A stretch of DNA of 64,000 nucleotides from an uncultured Phascolarctobacterium sp. Lineage in GTDB: Bacteria; Bacillota; Clostridia; Oscillospirales; Acutalibacteraceae. Each line of letters opens with the position of its first letter. Position 1 is the stretch's first letter. The stretch lies in contig CAVHZY010000004.1 in the NCBI GenBank assembly GCA_963640645.1, positions 16,228 to 80,227 of the forward strand, written 5' to 3'. The position numbers and the translations under genes were made by a program. Below, one piece after another: positions 58,242 through 64,000 of this stretch. The notes beneath the pieces were generated by a model. The model was not told the origin of the DNA. It saw only the letters and a program-made list of their open reading frames with translations, and did not search any database.

Positions 58242-59714
58242 TTGGAACCAAAAGGAAACTGGCTAAGCAAAGAAACTACAAAAAAAATCTTACTGATTTC
58301 GGCTGCTGTTTTAATTATGGCGGTGGTCATTTTTAATTATGCCACAGTATTTTCTGCCCTTGGGAAGTTGATGAATATTGTATTTCCCTTTATTTTGGGC
58401 GGAGCTATGGCCTTTATTTTTAACGTACCGCTCCGCGGGTTGGAAACAAGAATTTTCAAAAAAGACTTCAAAGGGAAGCGCGGTGTCTGCATTCTCCTGA
58501 CCTTACTTTTTATTTCGGCAATTTTGGCCGGAGCCCTCTTGATTATTGTTCCACAGGTAGTGAAATCCACGCAGACCCTGATAGGAGAAATTGAAGAGCT
58601 GGCTGCCAGATACAGCAGCATGGAGGATGTTCGAAAAGAACTGATGGAATCTTATCCCTGGACTGCAAAGTTTTTATCGGATTCCCGCGTTCTGAATTTT
58701 GATTATGCAGGAGCGTTACAAAAACTGTCCTCTTATTTGAAAGAGTGGGTTTCTAATATTGGATCCGGGAATGGCGGATTAATGGACTCCGTTACCGGCG
58801 TGGTTACTTCCATTGTCAGCGGAGTTGCTACTTTCTTTATTGGATTTGCTTTTTCCATTTACTGCCTGTTCCGAAAGGAAGCTTTGGCAAGACAGATGCG
58901 CCAGATTTTATATGCATTATTTAAAGAATCTACGGCAGAAAAAATCCTGGAAGTAGGAAGTCTTTCCAACGTAACCTTCTCTAACTTCATCCGTGGACAG
59001 TGCCTGGAAGCGGTTATTTTAGGAACCCTGTTCTTAATTTGCATGAGTATTTTCCAAATGCCATATGCTCTTTTGGTGGCTGTTTTAATTACCATTACGG
59101 CATTGGTTCCTATTTTTGGTGCGTTTGTAGGATGCTTTGTTAGCGCACTGTTGCTCTTAATTGTAGATCCAAAATACTGTATTGAATTTTTGATCATGTT
59201 TATTGTGTTGCAACAGATTGAAGGAAAACTGATTTATCCGCACGTTGTCGGAAGTACGGTTGGTCTTCCGTCCATCTGGGTTCTGTTTGCCATTACTGTT
59301 GGTGGTGAACTGATGGGTGTTGCCGGCATGGTAATTTTTGTTCCGCTCTGCTCGGTTCTGTATGCGTTGTTCCGGGACTTCATTGTAGATCAATTAAAGG
59401 TAAAACACGTAACCAAACGGCTGTATGAAGTTCCATACGAAGTACGAAAAGGTGCCGAATTGCAAGCCATGACCATGAAGAAAACAGAGGAAGTGGAGCT
59501 ACAGGATGTCGTGAATTCTGCGGATAAGCTGAAAATGAAGCTGCTGCATCCGAAAAAGGATGAAGAAGAAGCACTTGCCAGGAAAGCAGAAAAGCGGGCG
59601 GAGAAAGCCGGACGCAAAGCAGCACAGGCAGAAGAAAAAGCCCAGCAGGCAGAGGAAGCCGCCAAAAAAGCAAGAGAAAAAACGGAAGCTTCTTCAGCAG
59701 AGAAAAAAGACTGA
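58242..59714 (+). CDS. AI-2E family transporter (PerM/UPF0118) with a charged C-terminal tail
   Basis: About eight TM segments and a conserved ALVPIFGAFVG region. The last ~55 aa are K/E/A rich. The start is re-assigned to TTG at 58242, 9 nt after AAGGAG. Confidence 0.8.
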   Translation: MEPKGNWLSKETTKKILLISAAVLIMAVVIFNYATVFSALGKLMNIVFPFILGGAMAFIFNVPLRGLETRIFKKDFKGKRGVCILLTLLFISAILAGALLIIVPQVVKSTQTLIGEIEELAARYSSMEDVRKELMESYPWTAKFLSDSRVLNFDYAGALQKLSSYLKEWVSNIGSGNGGLMDSVTGVVTSIVSGVATFFIGFAFSIYCLFRKEALARQMRQILYALFKESTAEKILEVGSLSNVTFSNFIRGQCLEAVILGTLFLICMSIFQMPYALLVAVLITITALVPIFGAFVGCFVSALLLLIVDPKYCIEFLIMFIVLQQIEGKLIYPHVVGSTVGLPSIWVLFAITVGGELMGVAGMVIFVPLCSVLYALFRDFIVDQLKVKHVTKRLYEVPYEVRKGAELQAMTMKKTEEVELQDVVNSADKLKMKLLHPKKDEEEALARKAEKRAEKAGRKAAQAEEKAQQAEEAAKKAREKTEASSAEKKD

Positions 59715-59748
59715 ATCGCAAAGCAGCAGAAGAAAGAAAAAGAAAAAG

Positions 59749-59780
59749 CCCGCCATCAGCGCTGTCTGATGACGGGTTTT
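59749..59780. terminator. terminator between the convergent AI-2E gene and a hypothetical gene
   Basis: CCCGCCAUCAG-cgcugu-CUGAUGACGGG followed by UUUU, with an A-rich 5' flank. Confidence 0.7.
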
Positions 59781-59815
59781 GTGTTCAGTTTAGTCTGTAG
59801 TAAGGAACGGACAGA

Positions 59816-60373
59816 TTATTGAAAATCCAGGTTGTTGACTTCTTTTTCTACTTCATGCAGGACCATGTTGTAAATATGGCGTCCCTGGTTAATGTACAGT
59901 TCGTTTCCTTCTTTTTTGCAAAGCATGGCAAAGGTTTTGCCGATGTCAGTGGCAACGTCTTCCCCGCCCTTCCGGACGCTGAGGTAATAAAAGGAGTAAG
60001 CAGAGCTTTCTACCACGTTTTTATAAAAGTCGGATTCCAGTTCGTCCAGACGCTTGTGCAGGGCAGTGATGGCAAGGACCGAAAGCTGGGAAGAGGGCAG
60101 GAAGTAGTTTAAAGCGGCTTCTGCAGAAAAGAGCTGTAATACACCAACCTGGTCATAGGTTTCGGCTTCAAAGAAACAGGGGTCTGTCAGTTCGGCTTTG
60201 GTTTCGTCACTTAAAGCAACAGTGGCCAGGGCATAACCAAGCATTTCCGCTTTTTTGGTGTTGCCGTTGCGCCGCTGTTCGTTCATGGCTTCTACCATGG
60301 ACAAAATATCCTGATCCGCAGGCGCAGCCTTTTTTGAGGTAAAAATTTTAATATCTCTGTCGTCCGTGTTCAT
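59816..60373 (-). CDS. hypothetical cytoplasmic protein
   Basis: 185-aa ORF lying 9 nt downstream of the PHP gene. Predicted helical, with no motif I recognise. Confidence 0.55.
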   Translation of the reverse strand: MNTDDRDIKIFTSKKAAPADQDILSMVEAMNEQRRNGNTKKAEMLGYALATVALSDETKAELTDPCFFEAETYDQVGVLQLFSAEAALNYFLPSSQLSVLAITALHKRLDELESDFYKNVVESSAYSFYYLSVRKGGEDVATDIGKTFAMLCKKEGNELYINQGRHIYNMVLHEVEKEVNNLDFQ

Positions 60374-60382
60374 GAAATCTCC

Positions 60383-61279
60383 TTATTTTGTAGCCGCAGC
60401 TTCTGCTTCTTTTGCAGCTTTGGCTTCCGCTTTCTTTTTGGCACGGCGCTGCTTTGCCTGATATCCGAGAAGGAGGGACAGGTCATCATCCGGGGTGGCT
60501 TCCGAGCAAAGTGCAGTGGCCGATCTGTTATACAGGCCGTGGAAATCAGAACCGCCGGTTACCAGAAGCTTGTGCTTTTTGGCAAGAGCTTTTAACTGGG
60601 CACGTTCTTCTTCCGTGTGGCTTGGGTGATACACTTCCAGTCCGTCCAGACCCAGGGAAATGAGGTCTTCCAAAGAATCCATGAGTCCGTCCAGTCCCGG
60701 ATGAGCCAGAACGGCAATGCCGCCGGCGTTGTGAATTTCGTCAATGACTTCTGCCGGAGCCGGGTACTTTGGCTGTACCAGAACGTTGTCCGGACTGTCC
60801 GGATCAAAGAGGGAGTGGTACAGGTCTCCGAAAATGCTGGTGGTATATCCGCATTCCATAAGCGCGTGCATGATGTGCTCTTTGTAAATGTTGGTGGATC
60901 CTGCAGCGCATTTTAAAACCAGTTCGGAGTTGATGGGATATTTGTGGGAAACCTTGCCGACCATTAACTGGGATGCTTTCCGGCGAGCCAGTGAATTACG
61001 GCGGCAGAGTCCTTCCAGCCGGTCCGGGTTTTCTGCAAGATAACATAATATAAATACATTTTTCTGTTTGTCCTGGTCAAAAGCGGAAAGTTCCACGCCG
61101 GGAATAACGGTAACACCGTGACGTTTACCGATGATTTTACCGCGGACCGTACCGGCCTGACAGTCATGATCGGTAATGGCGATGGTTTCTACACCGCTTC
61201 TGTTGGCAAGCAGGATAAGATCTTCAATGCCTAAGGAACCATCCGAAAGACGGGTGTGACAGTGTAAATCTGCTGGCAT
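60383..61279 (-). CDS. PHP-domain phosphoesterase (TrpH/YciV-like)
   Basis: PHP metal motifs DLHCHTRLSDG, ITDHD, LAHP and GGSDFHG. The start is re-assigned to ATG at 61279, after GGGGAGG. It has a K/A-rich tail. Confidence 0.85.
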   Translation of the reverse strand: MPADLHCHTRLSDGSLGIEDLILLANRSGVETIAITDHDCQAGTVRGKIIGKRHGVTVIPGVELSAFDQDKQKNVFILCYLAENPDRLEGLCRRNSLARRKASQLMVGKVSHKYPINSELVLKCAAGSTNIYKEHIMHALMECGYTTSIFGDLYHSLFDPDSPDNVLVQPKYPAPAEVIDEIHNAGGIAVLAHPGLDGLMDSLEDLISLGLDGLEVYHPSHTEEERAQLKALAKKHKLLVTGGSDFHGLYNRSATALCSEATPDDDLSLLLGYQAKQRRAKKKAEAKAAKEAEAAATK

Positions 61280-61366
61280 GAATGGGTCCTCCCCTTTCAA
61301 AAGAAGTGTCTAATAGTTACAAAAATATTATAGTATATTTGGATAAAAGGATGCAAGAGGAATTAC

Positions 61367-61395
61367 TTGCAAAGAAAAATAGTCTATGCTATACT
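61367..61395 (+). promoter_or_regulatory. upstream tandem promoter P1 of the 5S gene region
   Basis: -35 TTGCAA, a 17-nt spacer, -10 TATACT. The module ACTTGCAAAG..ATAGTCT..TATA is repeated at P2. Confidence 0.5.
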
Positions 61396-61576
61396 ATCTT
61401 TTCCTTTATTAGTACTGTTAGAAACGCACAGAGGAAAGCGGTAGATTTTGCAAATGTTTTGAGAAAAATCACCAAAGAGTGGCATGAATGGTGGATTTTC
61501 CACTGTTAGTGGTCTCACATCTGTGAAAGGCGGATTTTTCAAAAAGAAGAAAAAATAAACTTTTTGAAAAAAAGAC

Positions 61577-61605
61577 TTGCAAAGTTGCTGATAGTCTGAT
61601 ATAGT
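61577..61605 (+). promoter_or_regulatory. promoter P2 immediately upstream of the 5S rRNA
   Basis: -35 TTGCAA, a 17-nt spacer, -10 TATAGT, with an A/T-rich UP-like tract upstream. The mature 5S begins ~17 nt after the -10. Confidence 0.6.
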
Positions 61606-61621
61606 ATATCTCGTTGACGCA

Positions 61622-61737
61622 GTCGGTGTTTTTAGCGATGAGGGTCCACCCGTTCCCATCCCGAACACGGCAGTTAAGCTCATCAGTGCCGAAAATACTT
61701 GGGGGGCAGCTCCCTGGGAAGATAGGGCAATGCCGAC
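61622..61737 (+). rRNA. rrf: 5S ribosomal RNA (stand-alone copy)
   Basis: 116 nt. Contains the universal core CCACCCGUUCCCAUCCCGAACACGGCAGUUAAGC and GGGAAGAUAGG. The terminal helix is GUCGGUG/UGCCGAC. Confidence 0.93.
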
Positions 61738-61748
61738 ATCAACAAAGG

Positions 61749-61779
61749 TAACCAGCCAGAAGGCTGGTTATTTTTATTT
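61749..61779 (+). terminator. intrinsic terminator after the 5S rRNA
   Basis: UAACCAGCC-agaa-GGCUGGUUA followed by UUUUUAUUU. Confidence 0.8.
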
Positions 61780-61864
61780 GTGTTAGTTTTTCGGGGTTGC
61801 CGTTGGTGGGGAACCAGTGGTTAAGAGCCGGGCAAAATAGGAAAAACAGAAGAAGATAAGAACC

Positions 61865-61900
61865 GAACCAGAGGTCTTTTGGACCTCTGGTTCTTTTTTT
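61865..61900 (+). terminator. second intrinsic terminator
   Basis: GAACCAGAGGUC-uuuug-GACCUCUGGUUC followed by UUUUUUU. Confidence 0.75.
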
Positions 61901-61959
61901 ATTTTCTTTTCCGGGTCGGTGGCGTTTAATGGGGACATCTCTTAAAGGAGGTCGGACTC

Positions 61960-63048
61960 ATGAAATGGAAAATAGGTTTGCTGGATTCCGACACGGAATT
62001 TACCACACGGTTACAGGACGCGTTTGAAGAACAGTATCCGAATGAGATTGATTTTTCGGTTTTTTCTACCTTTGATCAGGCCGTTACAGCAGCGGAAAAG
62101 CTGGGTCTGCAGTTATTGCTGGTGGAAGACGGGCTTTATTTAAGCGGTACTGCTTCCTGTCCTGTTTTACTGCTGTGTACACAAATCGGAGTAGATTATG
62201 AGCCGGAAGATCATGCGTATCGGAAGGTTTGTAAATACAAAAGTGTAAGTGACTGGTACAGCCTGTTCTGCTCTTACTGCAGAGGAAAGTTCGCCGCTGA
62301 CAAGGGCAGAACAGCGGAGCTTTCCGGGGCAGGGCACATGACGCTGTGCCTGTTTCTTTCTGGAGGCGGCGGGACCGGTACCAGTACCGCCGCTGCCGCC
62401 TTCGCCATGCATTTGGCGCGGAGCAGAAAAAAGGTGGTCTATTTAAATTTTGAGCCCTTTTCCAGTACAGAGCAGTTTTTTATAGGGAGTGGGAATTATG
62501 ACATGGATGACATCATTTTTTCCCTCCGCAGCCGGAAATATGAATTAAACACGCTACTGCGTCATGCCCTCTGCCGGGACACCTCCGGCGTCTACTTTCT
62601 TACGCCATGTAGCTCTGTGTCGGACTGGTTTTCTTTAACCGGAGAAGAAATTCTGCAGATCTGTGATGCCATTACCAAAAATTTAGGGGACAAAACCTTT
62701 TTGGTTCTGGATATGAATGCGGATGCCACAGAGGCGTTTGTTTTACCGTTTCTGTATGCCAAAAAGGCCGTTCTGGTTGCCAATGGGGAAACCCTTGGAA
62801 ATGACAAAGTGGAACAGCTTTTAAATGCTCTGCCACTCCTTTGTAATCTGACCGTCTTTGAAGTAGCACGGAAAACACAGTTACTGTATAACCGTTTTGA
62901 GCGGGTTGGAGGGCAGTTATTAGATTTGCCGGAAATCGGAAAGCTGGGTGGCATTAACCGGACAGAAGCTGACTCGCCAAGAAGTTTAATGAACACGCTG
63001 GCCGATCTTGGCCCGTTCCAACGGTTGGAAGAGAGCCTTTATGTTTGA
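61960..63048 (+). CDS. TadZ/CpaE-like pilus-assembly protein (receiver-like N-domain plus degenerate ParA/MinD ATPase domain)
   Basis: The N-terminal ~120 aa resemble a response-regulator fold. A deviant P-loop (LFLSGGGGTGTSTAAAAFA) is present. It overlaps the CpaF start (ATGTTTGA). Confidence 0.6.
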   Translation: MKWKIGLLDSDTEFTTRLQDAFEEQYPNEIDFSVFSTFDQAVTAAEKLGLQLLLVEDGLYLSGTASCPVLLLCTQIGVDYEPEDHAYRKVCKYKSVSDWYSLFCSYCRGKFAADKGRTAELSGAGHMTLCLFLSGGGGTGTSTAAAAFAMHLARSRKKVVYLNFEPFSSTEQFFIGSGNYDMDDIIFSLRSRKYELNTLLRHALCRDTSGVYFLTPCSSVSDWFSLTGEEILQICDAITKNLGDKTFLVLDMNADATEAFVLPFLYAKKAVLVANGETLGNDKVEQLLNALPLLCNLTVFEVARKTQLLYNRFERVGGQLLDLPEIGKLGGINRTEADSPRSLMNTLADLGPFQRLEESLYV

Positions 63049-64000
63049 AGAAATCCGCCGGGAACTATATACAGAAGGGAATCTTGGCGCGCTGAGCAAC
63101 GAAGAGTTGTACCAGCAAATTAAGAAGCTCTTTTTAAAGCAGGAACAGAACCGGCAGTTACCGCTGGCAAAGCAGATTGAGCTTGTAGATCAGATTTACA
63201 GCTCGCTTCGGGGTTACGGGGCCTTAGATCAGCTTTTTTATGATGAAACCGTTTCCGAAATCATGATCAATCATTTTGATGAAATTTATGTAGAACGGCA
63301 GGGAACCGTCAGTCGTAGTTCTCTGCAGTTTGAAAATGAAGCAGAGTTGGAACAGACCATTCAGCGGATTGTCAGTAGGAGCGGACGGGAAGTCAATCAG
63401 GCAAAGCCGATTGTGGATACACGGCTACCGGATGGTGCACGGGTAAATGTGGTGCTGCCGCCCATTTCTTTAAACGGGCCGGTGGTTACGGTCCGTCGTT
63501 TCCCAAAAGACAAAATTACCATGGAGAAACTGATTGCCTGGGGCTCTGTTACGGAAGAAGCGGCGGAATTTCTAAAACGTTTGGTACGCTGCCGGTACAA
63601 CCTGTTTATCAGTGGTGGAACCAGTTCCGGAAAGACTACGTTTTTAAATGTCCTTTCCGATGAAATTCCGCCGGAAGAACGCATTATTACCATTGAAGAT
63701 TCTGCAGAACTTCAAATCCGTAGCCTGCCGAATCTGATCCGGTTGGAAACACGGAATGCCAACGCCTCCGGAGTTGGCCGGGTTTCCACACAGGACCTGA
63801 TCCGGACCTCCCTCCGGATGCGCCCGGATCGCATTATTGTAGGAGAAGTTCGTGGTGCGGAAGCACTGGATATGTTAAATGCCATGAACACGGGACATGA
63901 CGGATCCCTTTCCACCGGCCATGCCAACAGTTGTTATGACATGCTAAGCCGGTTAGAAACCATGGTATTGCAGGGGAATGCCGGGCTGCCGCTGGTGGCA
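63041..64000 (+). CDS. CpaF/TadA-family secretion ATPase (partial, runs off the window)
   Basis: Hand translation of frame 2 gives Walker A GGTSSGKTT, TIEDSAEL, Walker B RPDRIIVGEVRG and the His box GHDGSLSTGHAN. There is no stop before 64000, which is why it is absent from the ORF track. Confidence 0.88.
   Translation, partial: MFEEIRRELYTEGNLGALSNEELYQQIKKLFLKQEQNRQLPLAKQIELVDQIYSSLRGYGALDQLFYDETVSEIMINHFDEIYVERQGTVSRSSLQFENEAELEQTIQRIVSRSGREVNQAKPIVDTRLPDGARVNVVLPPISLNGPVVTVRRFPKDKITMEKLIAWGSVTEEAAEFLKRLVRCRYNLFISGGTSSGKTTFLNVLSDEIPPEERIITIEDSAELQIRSLPNLIRLETRNANASGVGRVSTQDLIRTSLRMRPDRIIVGEVRGAEALDMLNAMNTGHDGSLSTGHANSCYDMLSRLETMVLQGNAGLPLVA

Noticed and set aside
61282-61683. ORFs of 75 aa (plus strand) and 99 aa (minus strand) over the 5S promoters and the 5S gene.
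   Set aside because: They overlap an rRNA gene and its promoters, and neither has an SD or a recognisable motif.

Overview
This window is the replication-origin region of a Firmicutes/Clostridia-type chromosome. GC looks to be in the high 40s percent by eye; the species was not identified.

Origin core: rpmH-rnpA-yidD-yidC-jag lie on the minus strand and dnaA-dnaN-recF-remB-gyrB-gyrA on the plus strand. The unwinding module sits in the dnaA-dnaN spacer: TTTTCCAC-type DnaA boxes, a (CTA)5 DnaA-trio-like array and an AT-rich tract.

Left of the origin, moving away from it:
- an mnmE-mnmG-rsmG-GNAT-parA-parB-serS block that is inverted (head-on to replication) relative to the canonical Firmicute layout and carries two perfect parS palindromes
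- glyQS
- a visibly AT-rich islet encoding a secreted protein and a 2-TM peptide
- an alpha/beta hydrolase, an SDR oxidoreductase and lexA with Cheo-type operators
- a seven-gene sortase-dependent pilus locus (coiled-coil protein, signal peptidase I, LPXTG tip adhesin, major pilin, class C sortase, minor pilin, second sortase), preceded by an unclassified structured leader that ends in an intrinsic terminator
- two hypothetical genes
- infC-rpmI-rplT with an L20-type leader and an ATT start on infC
- a roughly 17-kb housekeeping string with no visible terminator (TrmH-family, dprA, topA, trmFO, plsX, rnc, smc, ftsY, rdgB, yhbY, nadD, yqeK, rsfS, leuS)

Right end: an LCP protein, dCMP deaminase, an AI-2E permease, a PHP phosphoesterase, a stand-alone 5S rRNA gene with tandem promoters, and the start of a Tad/Flp-type locus (TadZ-like plus CpaF, truncated by the window edge).

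No CRISPR array, transposase, integrase or tRNA was seen. All calls rest on motif recognition and hand folding. No database search or computation was possible, so several start codons are re-assigned by eye.
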